From assembly GCA_965203805.1 (NCBI GenBank), contig OZ241917.1, positions 4,672,001-4,736,000 of the forward strand: a stretch of 64,000 bases of DNA, given 5' to 3'. The position numbers and the translations under genes were made by a program. Source of the stretch: Candidatus Latescibacterota bacterium. GTDB lineage: Bacteria > Latescibacterota > UBA2968 > GCA-2709665. Shown here in pieces: positions 1-10,248 of the stretch (position 1 is the stretch's first letter; each line of letters begins with the position of its first letter). Below the pieces are notes generated by a model. That model was not told the DNA's origin. It saw only the letters and a program-made list of their open reading frames with translations, and ran no database searches.

Positions 1-507
1 ATACTGGATCAAGGGATGTTTTCGGGACCATCCCGACTTAGCCCTATCTCGGACGCGATCAGGAACTACGGAAGTGCCCGTCGAGCTTCTCGGGTTTGAT
101 AGTGCGCGAAGGTATTATCGTCTTGCCCACTTCAAAGTGCGACATCGATTTAGCAGTCATGGATGTGCCCGTGGCGGTAGCATTGTCGTCCCTTATTGAT
201 CGACCGGCGCGGAAAACATCGAAGCCTATGGCGCACTGCTTCAGGAAGTAAGCTGGACCCTATTGACTTTCCATCGGGAGAATCAGCCCAGCACGGGAAG
301 GTCGTTTTCCGTCGACGAGGCGATTGCCGACTTGTGTAGATTAGTGTGTCTGGGTCGCCTCTGCCGGCGGTACGAGGAATGCTCGGAGTGGTCGTCGCAG
401 GATCGATATTCGGAGCCATCCTGTAATCGAACTTCATATTGGCGTCCAAGAACAGAGAATGCGACAAAAACAAAGAAGCCGAGGTGAAAACCTCGGCTTC
501 TTTGACA

Positions 508-654
508 TCAATTGTCTCGTGGTTCGGGCGGTGGTTGTGGCCTGGATGGCGGCTGTGGAGTTGTTTCAGGTCTTGGAGGGGGCGCCGGTCTTGGGTTATC
601 GGGATTACGCGGTGGCCTTATCGCTCTTTCTTCTCCGCCCCTTTTCCCCATCAT
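508..654 (-). CDS. Unannotated 48-aa proline-rich micro-ORF (MMGKRGGEERAIRPPRNPDNPRPAPPPRPETTPQPPSRPQPPPEPRDN)
   Basis: ATG overlaps the TGA of the upstream 2TM gene (ATGA at 654-651); GGAGG immediately upstream; open to TGA at 510-508; below the ORF-track cutoff. Confidence 0.5.
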   Translation of the reverse strand: MMGKRGGEERAIRPPRNPDNPRPAPPPRPETTPQPPSRPQPPPEPRDN

Positions 655-1166
655 GCCTCCCGGATTGAATATTGGTCTACCAGCGAATCGTCCGCTTCTC
701 GTTGGCTTTTCCTGTTCAATTTATCGTTCACTGATATATCTGCCCAACCTGGAATGCTCGTCGCCCTCTCACCGGCTTCAATAAGGTCCATCAGTACATC
801 GTAGGCCTCTTCATTATCGATGGCGTTGTTTTCAATCTTCGACCACAACGCTTTGTGTTTGTCCTGCAAATCGAAACACATCACGCTGACCGCGTGGAGA
901 CTGGCGGATTTTCTTGCATGATTCCCAAGTAAGCCGAATACACTGACGGCAATTATGCCCAAATCTACCACCACTTCAGCCAGCCTGCCAATATAGTCCG
1001 AAAACATAAAACGGCCGGCTCCGGCTATCGCACACAGCGCAAGTCCTATCATGATGGCATTGTGTCGCCTGCGATAAAGGCGGGAAAGCTTATCGTAGTA
1101 TCTGGCCGCCCTTTCGACATCCAGATACTCGTTCCATGCCATCCTTCGTGTCGCGTCACTGACCAT
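651..1166 (-). CDS. SLATT-like two-transmembrane effector protein
   Basis: 171 aa; N-terminal helix (AARYYDKLSRLYRRRH), two adjacent hydrophobic helices, A-x-x-H after TM2, helical C-terminus; lower GC than neighbours. Confidence 0.6.
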   Translation of the reverse strand: MVSDATRRMAWNEYLDVERAARYYDKLSRLYRRRHNAIMIGLALCAIAGAGRFMFSDYIGRLAEVVVDLGIIAVSVFGLLGNHARKSASLHAVSVMCFDLQDKHKALWSKIENNAIDNEEAYDVLMDLIEAGERATSIPGWADISVNDKLNRKSQREADDSLVDQYSIREA

Positions 1167-1423
1167 CGAAGCTCTCCGTTTTCAACGACATCCCGTCACT
1201 ACAGTGAAACACGGGCCTCATCCTCTCAACCAAAGGTACCGGATCGACGGCGGCGAGTCAAGCCATTATCCTTAGATACCGGCTCGGTACTGGAAGCTGT
1301 TCAACCCGGTAGGCAGATTAGCCGGCTGACTCAGATTTAACTCCGAGGGAAAGTCGCCCCAGTCTACATTTGCGCCGAGTACGCGCTATCGTTCCCCAAG
1401 TCTGAAACGCACCGACCCGCGAT

Positions 1424-2005
1424 TCATACTCCGCCCGGCTGCGCGTTCAGTAGCCGGATTCGCTTTACCATTTCTTCGATGCCGGGCGAATATCCGTCCT
1501 CGGTCGAAACATGGATCGCGGGCACGTCGAAATCGGGCGGCGTATAATCCCCCGAAGGCGCGATTTCGCCGGTCCTCCTGTAGATTTCGACGCGTCTGTC
1601 GCCATGGTAGAACTCCCGGTCCGGATCGTCCAGGCCTCGCTGCAAGTGGCGCCTGGCCGCCACCATCCCGTCGATGGCGCAGACGACAAAGACCGGCGTA
1701 CACAATTCGAGGATCCGGGGGACTCTCGGCTCCCAGATCCTGTGCTGAAACGCCGCCTCGATGATGACGGAGACCTTCGCGACGAGGTACCGGTTCACGA
1801 TATCGAAGAAGAGATCGGTGACCAACCGGTTGACGTCCGGCGGCAGCCGGTCGTGTTTCACGCCATAGGTGTTGACGTAGCCTTCCTTGATCCCGTCGCG
1901 GCTGACGACCGGCATCCGGAGTCGGTCGGCAAGTTTCCCGGATAACGTGGTTTTTCCCGACCCCGGCCGGCCCGTAACGATAATGCAGATGGGTTTGCGG
2001 CTCAT
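1424..2005 (-). CDS. P-loop nucleotide kinase-like ATPase (AAA_33 type)
   Basis: IIVTGRPGSGKTT Walker A, SRDGIKE, VIIEAAF. Confidence 0.8.
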   Translation of the reverse strand: MSRKPICIIVTGRPGSGKTTLSGKLADRLRMPVVSRDGIKEGYVNTYGVKHDRLPPDVNRLVTDLFFDIVNRYLVAKVSVIIEAAFQHRIWEPRVPRILELCTPVFVVCAIDGMVAARRHLQRGLDDPDREFYHGDRRVEIYRRTGEIAPSGDYTPPDFDVPAIHVSTEDGYSPGIEEMVKRIRLLNAQPGGV

Positions 2006-2041
2006 ATATCCGTTGCTCGAAATGGGTGGGGAAAGCAGTGA

Positions 2042-3724
2042 TCAGTCCACCGGCAGTTCCACGCTCCTCCCGCTCTCCAGGTCCATTGTCACCGCGCGGA
2101 ATTGAAAGCCGTATCGTTCCACTCTCTCCCCCCGGGTGTCATCACCCGTATCCGGCGCCAGCACCGTCGCGCCCTTCAGGTCCGCGTCCGCACGTACTTC
2201 GTACGCGCCGTTTTCCCGAAGTCCGAACCGCACCGTACGCCGCGCGCGTTCCCACGCGTCGATCCGCTCCGCCGTCCACCACGGCATGCCCTTGTCCCTG
2301 GTATAGCCGACGATTTCCCTGAGCCCGCCGCGAACGGCCGGTTCCCAGACGTGCGCGGGGTGAAAGAGGAAATGGGCGATGCCGTGGTGCCGAAACGCCC
2401 GGTCGGCGAAACAATGCGCCAGGCGGGTGGAACACCGCTTGTGAATGTCCTGCACGGTCAGGTTCACCTCCAGCACGTCGATCGGCGGGCCGCCCGGTGA
2501 CTCGTCTTCAATCGGAAACCAGGGGTGGCATCCCCCGAAGGGAAACCCGTTGGTATAGGGCGTGTTCGGCCCCCGGCTCTGCTCCAGGGTGATGCCCGCG
2601 CGTTCGCACCAGCGGAAGAACTCCAGCCGGCCCTGCCAGCGGAGCGTGTGGTTCTTGTTGGTCGTGACCGGCCGCCCCGACGTTTCGGTGACCGTTTTCA
2701 GTTGTCCCGCCAGCTCTTCGTAACCCCACTTCAGGTGGGCGGTCTCCGGCTTCTGATCGTCCGACGCCGTCTGCCAGGTCTGCGCGTCGTAGTGCAGGGC
2801 CACCTCGGAACCGCAGTCGTGGATCGCGCGGTAGAATTCCGGCTGATAGTGCCCGGCCATGATGCACCACGTCGTCCGAATGTCAACCTCCCGGGTAAGC
2901 CGCAATAGCGACCAGCCCAGCGCTTCGTCACCGCCGTCGGAGTCGTGGGACATGTGCGCGATCGCGGGCAGGTTGTCCGGCCAGTACCACAGGACGGGCA
3001 GGGATACGCCGATCTCCCGGCAGGCGTAGAGGATGGCCTTGATGATGAGTTCCCGGAACTCGTCCGCGATCGGCTCGAGGAAGACGAGGTTTTCCTCCTC
3101 TCCCGGTACCGGCGACCGGTCGCGGTCCAGATCCAGCGCGAGCCCCTGGATCACGTCGATCCGCGTGGGACCGATCGCGGGGGGTATCGCGTGCCCCTGC
3201 TGGATATGCACAACCGTGCGGACGACGTCGGGACCCACGGCGATCGCGATGCCATTGCCGGGCCGATGCTCCACCACCCCGTCGCTGGCGCCAATCACCC
3301 TCGCCAGCGCCGTCCCATCCACGGCTTTGATCCGGCGCCCGCCGAAACAGTGAAGGCTGCTGGCGAACCCCGCCGTTACCGGATGGTCCTTCTGCGCGAT
3401 CTGCACGTATCCGTCCGCCATGTCTCCCCGGTCCGCCGCGCCGAACACGCTGTCCAGCCCCGACATGCCTCCCAGCCCGATCAGCGCGCCGCCGGATTCC
3501 ACGAAGTTCGCGAGCAGCGTCCGCTCCGCGGCCGACAGCGGCATATGCCAGGGAAGCAGTACCACGCGATATCCATCCACAGCGGACAGGGGACGTTCGA
3601 TCTCGTCATAGGGTATGCCCGCGTGTGCGAGAATCTCCCGGATGTAATACCCGCCGTAGTAATGCGAAGCGTCCGGCGCCGTCTGTCCATCCGGATCGGT
3701 CACCACGCACAACGGAAGGTTCAT
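2042..3724 (-). CDS. Hypothetical protein: glutamine-amidotransferase-like N-domain plus polysaccharide-deacetylase-like barrel
   Basis: FVESGGALIGLG motif; SHDSD, EVALHYD, NH-x-LRW and FLFHP motifs typical of CE4/NodB-like folds. Confidence 0.65.
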   Translation of the reverse strand: MNLPLCVVTDPDGQTAPDASHYYGGYYIREILAHAGIPYDEIERPLSAVDGYRVVLLPWHMPLSAAERTLLANFVESGGALIGLGGMSGLDSVFGAADRGDMADGYVQIAQKDHPVTAGFASSLHCFGGRRIKAVDGTALARVIGASDGVVEHRPGNGIAIAVGPDVVRTVVHIQQGHAIPPAIGPTRIDVIQGLALDLDRDRSPVPGEEENLVFLEPIADEFRELIIKAILYACREIGVSLPVLWYWPDNLPAIAHMSHDSDGGDEALGWSLLRLTREVDIRTTWCIMAGHYQPEFYRAIHDCGSEVALHYDAQTWQTASDDQKPETAHLKWGYEELAGQLKTVTETSGRPVTTNKNHTLRWQGRLEFFRWCERAGITLEQSRGPNTPYTNGFPFGGCHPWFPIEDESPGGPPIDVLEVNLTVQDIHKRCSTRLAHCFADRAFRHHGIAHFLFHPAHVWEPAVRGGLREIVGYTRDKGMPWWTAERIDAWERARRTVRFGLRENGAYEVRADADLKGATVLAPDTGDDTRGERVERYGFQFRAVTMDLESGRSVELPVD

Positions 3725-3829
3725 CGATGATTTCCTGTTTAGTGAATGGGCCGCCGGAATGGTGATTCACGGCGACCCACTGTGCAGGCGGAGGTCTTCA
3801 GGAATGGAATTCGTAAGCGTAAACTCCGT

Positions 3830-4843
3830 CTATTGCTCCGCCATATCCTTCAACCTGTTCAACTGCCCGTCGCTGCCCAGCGCGATGAGCACGTCGTCCT
3901 GATGAATCGTGACGCCCGAAAGCCCGGCCGAGGCCGCAGGGTCGCCCCGGGGTTTTCCGTCCGACCCGTGAATGCCCACGACAATCGCTCCCGTCCGCTG
4001 ACCGATATCGGTCTCCTTCAATTGCCTGCCGACCAGCGGCGACCCCCCGTCCACGTGAAATTGCTCGAGCCGCATCGCCGCCTCGCCCTCGCCTACCACG
4101 ACGTCGAGAAAGTCCACGATCGACGGCCGCAAAAGCACCGACGCGATTCTCCGCCCGGCCAATTGATAGGGTGACATCACCCGGTCGGCGCCTGCCGTCG
4201 TCAGCTTGCCGATGGTCCGCTCCTCCGCCGCCCGCGCCACAATCGTCAGTTCGGGATTCGCCTGTCGCGCGGAGAGCACCACGAACACGTTCAGGGCGTC
4301 CTCCCTCAGCACGGCAATCAAACCCTTTGCATTATGGATGCCGGCTTCGACCAGCACCTCGTCGTCCTCCGCGTTGCCCTCAACGAACAGGACCGTTTCG
4401 TCCCGGCCCAATTCAGAGCGTTCGGGATCCTTATCCACAATCACGAAGGGCATGCCCGCCCGTTTCAGTTCCAGCGCCACTTCTTTGCCGACCACCCCGC
4501 CGCCACAGATGATGTAATGATCTTTCAGGTTTGAGACCAGACGTTTCATTCTGCGCCCTCGCATGGCGTGGACAATCTGACCTTCGAAAACGAAACCGAT
4601 AAACGTTGTCACCGAATACCCGACGGCGATAAAACTGAACATCAGAAACAGGATCGTGAATCGCTGACCCATCGGCGAAAGCGGATGTACTTCGCCATAG
4701 CCGACGGTCGTAATTGTAATCACCGTCATGTACAGACTTTCCCAGAACTTCCATCCCTCAATCCACGCGTAGCCCAGCGTGCCGCCCAGCACCAGTAAAA
4801 CAGGAACCATGAACGCAATCGCAAAACGAACAAGCGGCGGCAT
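3830..4843 (-). CDS. Potassium channel with TrkA-N/TrkA-C (RCK) domains
   Basis: TITTVGYG selectivity filter between two TM helices; HYIICGGGVVG Rossmann motif; C-terminal RCK_C. Confidence 0.93.
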   Translation of the reverse strand: MPPLVRFAIAFMVPVLLVLGGTLGYAWIEGWKFWESLYMTVITITTVGYGEVHPLSPMGQRFTILFLMFSFIAVGYSVTTFIGFVFEGQIVHAMRGRRMKRLVSNLKDHYIICGGGVVGKEVALELKRAGMPFVIVDKDPERSELGRDETVLFVEGNAEDDEVLVEAGIHNAKGLIAVLREDALNVFVVLSARQANPELTIVARAAEERTIGKLTTAGADRVMSPYQLAGRRIASVLLRPSIVDFLDVVVGEGEAAMRLEQFHVDGGSPLVGRQLKETDIGQRTGAIVVGIHGSDGKPRGDPAASAGLSGVTIHQDDVLIALGSDGQLNRLKDMAEQ

Positions 4844-5003
4844 CTCGAAACCCCGGAAAAGAAACCATCAACCGGAAGGCGTTGACGTCGAGCCCGACAG
4901 GGCGTCTCACAACACGACGGACACATCAGGCGGCGTATTCGAAGCGAAACGCTCCATCCGGCAAGAAGGAGGGGACGGGCTCACAGGGCAACCACGGAGT
5001 CTC

Positions 5004-6089
5004 TCACTGCCCGACGTCGGCATTTGCGACGAGGACCGGATCGCTGAGACCGTAGGCGTTGTTCCGGACTCGCGTCCGTCCGTCGGACCGCACCGACAGT
5101 TCGTCCGGCCGCTGGTAGAGCCAGTTGTGGTGGACATCCACGCCTTCTTCAGGAACGCCGCGTACCACGACGGCCGTTTGCGGGCAGCGGAACGTATTGT
5201 GATGCACCTTCATCCACGTCCCGGCGACGTCGGTCCCGTCTTTCCGGTCCCGTCCGCCGTGCATATCAAAGCAATGGCTCAACGACTCGCCGATTTCCAC
5301 GTTGTGCCGCGCTTCATAACCGCTGCCCGATCTGCCCGTGCCCGCCAGCGAGTGCCGGTTGTAGTCGAACCGGTTGTATTCGATGAGCGAGAACGCCTCG
5401 TCGTGGCTCACCCCGTATCCCAGGCCGTTGTACTGGTTGTGATGGATGAAATTGTGGTGGACGTGATGCCCGTCACCGGCGCCGAGATAGACCGCGGAGT
5501 GGCTCCAGCCCGCCACCTCGCAATTATCCACCTCCAGCCCGGGATGTCTGGTCTCGATCCCGTTGGAAATCGGAAATTTGTAATAGTACTCGTGCCCCCT
5601 CCCTTCTCGAAAGGAGCGGTTATGGTGCTCCAGGCACCGCTTGGGGTTGGGGCCCTTTATGCGCAGACCCGTGACCCGCACGTCCGGGCCCATCACCTGG
5701 ATCAGGGGTCTGGTATCGAACGTATCGCTAAGGATCATGCCGCCCTGCGATCCGTCCACGCCCCGGACGCCGGCAAGGGTGACTCCCTCGGGAATCTCGA
5801 GTACGAGGGACTCGATGTACACCCGCTCCGTGCAGTCGATTTCCGCCTCGCCATCCACCCCGATCACTTCGCCGGGCTTCGCCTGCGCCAGGGCGTCCAG
5901 CAGGTCGTCCAGCGTAGACACCGGGTCGGGCAGCGGCGATATCGCGTTCGCATACCCTTCGCCCCCTCCGATAGGCCCCTGTTCATCCGCCCGTGCGCCG
6001 CAGGATTCTCCTGCAATTTCGGTCCAGGTCTGTCCCAACGGTTCCATTTCGCTACCGAACATCGCCAGCCTCCTTTTCCGTGCGGTCAT
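5004..6089 (-). CDS. Right-handed parallel beta-helix (pectin-lyase-like) protein
   Basis: Repeated HHN/xxN stacks (HVHHNFIHHN, IEYNRFDYN, KVHHNTF, DVHHNW); ATGA overlap with upstream gene. Confidence 0.75.
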   Translation of the reverse strand: MTARKRRLAMFGSEMEPLGQTWTEIAGESCGARADEQGPIGGGEGYANAISPLPDPVSTLDDLLDALAQAKPGEVIGVDGEAEIDCTERVYIESLVLEIPEGVTLAGVRGVDGSQGGMILSDTFDTRPLIQVMGPDVRVTGLRIKGPNPKRCLEHHNRSFREGRGHEYYYKFPISNGIETRHPGLEVDNCEVAGWSHSAVYLGAGDGHHVHHNFIHHNQYNGLGYGVSHDEAFSLIEYNRFDYNRHSLAGTGRSGSGYEARHNVEIGESLSHCFDMHGGRDRKDGTDVAGTWMKVHHNTFRCPQTAVVVRGVPEEGVDVHHNWLYQRPDELSVRSDGRTRVRNNAYGLSDPVLVANADVGQ

Positions 6090-7048
6090 TCATTCACGGC
6101 AACCACGTATCCCTTCCTGTTATCGACCACGTTCAACAGCGGTTCGCCGTCCCGGAACCGCCGCACGTTTTCCGCGATCAGTCCGATCCGCCGATCCTCG
6201 ATCCGGTCTGAATGCGCCGCGACGTGCGGCGTGATCATCACATTCTCCATCCCCCACAGCGGGTGCCCTTCCGCCAGCGGCTCCTCTTCGAAAACGTCCA
6301 GTCCCGCTCCTGCCAGTTCGCCATTCATGAGCGCCCGCGTCAGCGCGGCGAGGTCCACCACCTTTCCCCGCCCGATGTTGATGAAGATGGCGCTCGGTTT
6401 CATCGCCCTCAGCGCTGCAGCATCAATCATCCGGTCGGTCTCGCCGGTGTGCGGCGCGCAAATCACGAAGAAATCCACCGCTCCCAGCATCGCGTGCAAT
6501 TCGTCCACGCGGTAAATCCGTTCCACGTAATCGGGACGTCCCTTCGGGGCCGGATCCAGGGCGAGTACTCGCATGCCGAACGCGTGTCCCCGTTCGGCAA
6601 CCGCCAGCCCGATGCCGCCCAGACCCAGCACGCCGAGGGTGGTGCCCGCGACGTGGATGACCGGTACGGACTTTTTCTCCCAGCGACCTTCCAGCTGACT
6701 CCGGAAATATTCCGGAATACCGCGGGCCAGGGAAAGCAGAAGCGCAAAAACGTGCTCCGCGATGACGTCGCTGTAGATCCCGCGCAAGTTGGTGACGGCG
6801 ACTTCGCTTTCATGTAATTCCGGGAAATAATAACCGTCCAGTCCGGCGCTTGTCGCCTGGACCCAGCGAAGGTTTTTTCCCGCGGCCAGCAGCGCCGGCG
6901 TCATGCGCCCGTAAAACGCGTCCGCATCCGCGATCAGATCCAGCGCCGCCGCCTCGGACTCCGCTACGCGCGTCTCCACGCCGATTTCGCGGACTCGCCC
7001 CATCCAATCCGGACTGAGCGCCGGCCAGAATACCATTTTCACCGCCAT
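6086..7048 (-). CDS. D-2-hydroxyacid dehydrogenase family protein
   Basis: GLGGIG, INIGRG, LDVFEEEP, ITPHVA; GGAGGAG SD before ATG at 7048. Confidence 0.92.
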   Translation of the reverse strand: MAVKMVFWPALSPDWMGRVREIGVETRVAESEAAALDLIADADAFYGRMTPALLAAGKNLRWVQATSAGLDGYYFPELHESEVAVTNLRGIYSDVIAEHVFALLLSLARGIPEYFRSQLEGRWEKKSVPVIHVAGTTLGVLGLGGIGLAVAERGHAFGMRVLALDPAPKGRPDYVERIYRVDELHAMLGAVDFFVICAPHTGETDRMIDAAALRAMKPSAIFINIGRGKVVDLAALTRALMNGELAGAGLDVFEEEPLAEGHPLWGMENVMITPHVAAHSDRIEDRRIGLIAENVRRFRDGEPLLNVVDNRKGYVVAVNE

Positions 7049-7049
7049 T

Positions 7050-7871
7050 TCAATTCTCCTCCACCGGGATGAACGCACCCCTGTCGTCAATTCTGATCTG
7101 CCCCCAATATTGCTCCGGATCGTGCGGCCACGCGACCAGCCAGCCCTCTCCAGCCGCCTGTGTCAGCACCTGTTGCCGCACCTCGAACGTCTTTCTCGGA
7201 TACAGGTCGAACGCCATGATGTAGACTGGGTGCACGTGATGCCTCGTGGGGACCAGGTCTCCAATGAAACAGACCGTCTCGACGCCGCCCTGTACCAGGA
7301 CGGACTGGTGTGCCGTCGTGTGTCCGGGGGTCAGAATCGTCCGCACGCCGGGGCAGATTTCCGCGTCGCCGTCTAGGAACGCGAGAACGCCCGCTCGTTC
7401 CAGCGGAACCAGGTCCGACGCGGCGTGGTAGCCCCTCACCGTTTGCCGGTCCGCGCCCAGGGCGTCTTCCCACTCCTGCCGCTGAATCGTGTACCGGGCG
7501 TTGGGAAACGCGGGTTCAAATCCGCGATCCGTACGAATCGTCGTCCCGCCCGCGTGGTCCATGTGCAGGTGGGTGAGTACCACGCGGTCCACCGCCTCGG
7601 GCGCCACGCCCGCTTCAACCAGCGCTTCGATCACGCCGCGGGAGGGGTCCGTTCCGTAGATTTCCCTGTATTTCGGCGACAGCTTCGCGGCGCCGATTCC
7701 GGTTTCCACCAGCACCGTGTCGGTCGGCGTTTCCACCAGCAGGCAGTTCAGGGCGAGTTGAATCCGGTTCCGCTCGTCGGGCCGTATCTTCTTTTCCCAG
7801 ATCGACCGGGGGACCACGCCGAACATCGTGCCCCCGTCGAGACTGAACCGCCCGGCGTCCAGCGCCGTCAC
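7050..7871 (-). CDS. MBL-fold metallo-hydrolase (YtnP/AHL-lactonase-like); start uncertain
   Basis: LDGGTMFGVVP, THLHMDHAGG, TPGHT, GDL, HDP; GTG at 7871 preceded by AGGGG; homology-like sequence ends near 7886 where a repeat begins. Confidence 0.88.
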   Translation of the reverse strand: MTALDAGRFSLDGGTMFGVVPRSIWEKKIRPDERNRIQLALNCLLVETPTDTVLVETGIGAAKLSPKYREIYGTDPSRGVIEALVEAGVAPEAVDRVVLTHLHMDHAGGTTIRTDRGFEPAFPNARYTIQRQEWEDALGADRQTVRGYHAASDLVPLERAGVLAFLDGDAEICPGVRTILTPGHTTAHQSVLVQGGVETVCFIGDLVPTRHHVHPVYIMAFDLYPRKTFEVRQQVLTQAAGEGWLVAWPHDPEQYWGQIRIDDRGAFIPVEEN

Positions 7872-7884
7872 ACGGATATCCCCT

Positions 7885-8019
7885 ATGGTCCTAGATTCAC
7901 CCTTTCGACTGGAATTGCTCACCCGATACCAACTGTGAATGGACTGCGTGAAGATTGAGGGCTGTCGAAGATCCCCGCCAAGAGTCCGCGGGTTCGACGC
8001 GGTCATGATGCAGTTATCA
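7885..8019 (+). repeat. Diverged direct repeat, copy A (partner 9842-9977)
   Basis: Manual alignment about 70% identical over about 135 nt, e.g. CTGTGAAT(G/T)GACTG and CGCGGGTTCGACGC(G/C)GTCAT. Confidence 0.8.
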
Positions 8020-8314
8020 ACGACGGAAAGTCAAGGGCAAAAGACCGGAGGTATGGTCATCCGGAGAGTTGGGTAAACGTCCTTCCAGACGACCTTTCCG
8101 GCCAAATTCGGAAGGTTCTGTCGCGGCGCCGCGTTGCTTCTTCTGTCGAATTAAGGTTAATTGTTGGTTGGGAATGAAGTCTGTAAAGAACTTTCGGTCA
8201 GGGTGGGTCGGCTCAAGTTTCCGTTTCTGATAAAACGCGTCGCTGATTTGCCGGTAAAACCAAAGGGTCTGTCGAGGACGGCGGCAAGGAAGACACAATG
8301 AAGGAGGAACACCA

Positions 8315-9487
8315 ATGAGTATGGTACGTGCGTACGCTAAATCGAGCTCATCATATCCAATGCGTGTCATTCTGATCGCCGGGGCACTCATAGTGGGTAC
8401 TATTGCCGGGTGCGGAGGGGATCGCGTTTTGGAAGGGATACCGGATGATGAGCGCATTCCCGAAAGGCCGCTGCGATATGCAGGGAAAGTGGCGCTTGAA
8501 CTGCAAGAGACCATCGAACTTGTGTTCAATGAGGACAAGCCTGAGATCGGGTATGTCGGGTGGATGGGAATTTCACCTGAGGGCACGTTGATGGTTACCG
8601 ATTGGGATAACCATCAGGCGCATGAAATCAACTACCGGGACAATAAGTACATTCGCTCATTCGGGCGTACAGGTAGAGGTCCCGGGGAACACTTGTCGGC
8701 TCACCAGATGACGATAGATCCTGATCGAAGGGTCTATCTCGTTGATCCAGCTCGAGGACAGGTCCTCCGGTATGATCGCACGGGCCGATATCGGGATCGG
8801 ACCGAAGCTATCGGCGTATCGAAGATTCACGCCGGTCCTGAGGGAGAGATGTTCATTCTACGCGTAAACTCAAGTCTTTTCTTGGAATTACAGCGCCGAG
8901 ATCCGGCGACGTTGGGAGTTTTAGGCAGTACACCGCTTTCCAATCAAAATCAGAGTTTTGTGTCGTTTCGGATGAGAGGAATGGCGCATTTGAGTTATAA
9001 CGCATCGATGCAGGTGTTTTATTATCTCGGACCGAATGACTACATGGTCAAAGAGATCGATGCGATAACAGGCGAGATTACCGCGAAATTTGGCCGGCGC
9101 CCTAAGGGATTCGTTGCGTTGCCCGATCGCTTCCACGATATCGGGAGTGGTACTGTTGACGATTTGAGGCAATTGGATATTACCAGTGTAGGATCTATGA
9201 CATTGGTTGAGGATCGATATCTGTTCGTCTCCTTCAATAACCCGGGTACTATAATGAACGAATGGGTCGTCTATATGATAAATCCGTCCGGTCCGTTTGA
9301 TGTGTTCGATCTGGATGACGTTACGATTACAAGCCTTGAGCCATTCAGGGACCACAGCGGTGTGCCGATGCAAGCCATCACCTCTGCGCGGGAATCTGTA
9401 TTTATTTATAGACCGCCTCGTAGAGCAATTGCGGACAAATCCATCGGTACGATAGAAAAATATGCGGTTACGTTGGACCTGAATTAA
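8315..9487 (+). CDS. 6-bladed beta-propeller (NHL/TolB-like) lipoprotein
   Basis: Lipobox-like IAGC; FGRTGRGPGE and FGRRP propeller motifs; AAGGAGG SD. Confidence 0.8.
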   Translation: MSMVRAYAKSSSSYPMRVILIAGALIVGTIAGCGGDRVLEGIPDDERIPERPLRYAGKVALELQETIELVFNEDKPEIGYVGWMGISPEGTLMVTDWDNHQAHEINYRDNKYIRSFGRTGRGPGEHLSAHQMTIDPDRRVYLVDPARGQVLRYDRTGRYRDRTEAIGVSKIHAGPEGEMFILRVNSSLFLELQRRDPATLGVLGSTPLSNQNQSFVSFRMRGMAHLSYNASMQVFYYLGPNDYMVKEIDAITGEITAKFGRRPKGFVALPDRFHDIGSGTVDDLRQLDITSVGSMTLVEDRYLFVSFNNPGTIMNEWVVYMINPSGPFDVFDLDDVTITSLEPFRDHSGVPMQAITSARESVFIYRPPRRAIADKSIGTIEKYAVTLDLN

Positions 9488-9574
9488 GGATGGCAAAATC
9501 GAGATCATGTCGCCCGACGAAACCAAGGAACTCGTAAGAGACTTGGCGAAGAAGCGGTCAAAGAGGCGTCGTCC

Positions 9575-9841
9575 TTAGCCGATTGACCGCTCCCTCGCCA
9601 CCTCCACCACCCCTTCAGCGGGGCGCATGCGGACGGAATCGCTGGTGCGGATGTTCGCGAGCGGGTCGGGTTCGAGTTCTTGCATCAGCGCCACGTTGGC
9701 CAACACCGCGCCCTGTACCATCACAGGGTTCGTGCGACCGAAGATGAACCCCGCCGGGCAGGTCCCCCGCTCCACCATGTCCAGCATCATCCACGACGTT
9801 GTGACACCTTCCCTGGACATGCGGAACACGACGATTTTCCG
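9575..9841 (-). pseudogene. 3' fragment of a DUF126 (aconitase X swivel) gene, duplicate of 14677-14920
   Basis: SWMMLDMVERGTCPAGFIFGRTNPVMVQGAVLANVALM identical to the full copy; N-terminal part absent. Confidence 0.88.
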
Positions 9842-9977
9842 ATGGTCCGCGAATCATGTCTTCGATTAGAACTCCTCACTCGATTCCGGCTGTGAATTGA
9901 CTGTGTTGGGTCTTGCGGGTCGTCGTCAATTCTCGACACGAACGCGCGGGTTCGACGCCGTCATTGTGCAAGTGTCG
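9842..9977 (+). repeat. Diverged direct repeat, copy B (partner 7885-8019)
   Basis: See copy A; begins exactly at the breakpoint of the DUF126 fragment. Confidence 0.8.
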
Positions 9978-10248
9978 CCTGATTCCTCTCATCCGCAAAA
10001 AGCGCGAATAGCGTCGTCCGGCGATCAAAGCGTTTCCTCTGGATCTATGCGCCTGTTGATGATGGCGAACGCTCGTTTGCGATGCGATTGCGGTTCTTGT
10101 GCGACAATGGTGCAGGTTTCGCAAATACTCCTCCCTTATTCCCGCCAGATATCTCGAGTTCACGTGTAAAGGCGGATTTGGAGGGGTATTTTTTTAGGAT
10201 TTGGCCATAGCCGTCACTATTATGGTAGGAGCCTGAGTCGATGCGGGA

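Noticed and set aside
1-500. Short ORFs on both strands at the window start
   Set aside because: No recognisable motif or consistent frame; probably degenerate accessory DNA
4844-5003. Possible c-di-AMP riboswitch upstream of the K+ channel
   Set aside because: Conserved ydaO motifs not found
4779-6515. 578-aa plus-strand ORF
   Set aside because: Antisense shadow of two well-supported minus-strand genes in GC-rich DNA
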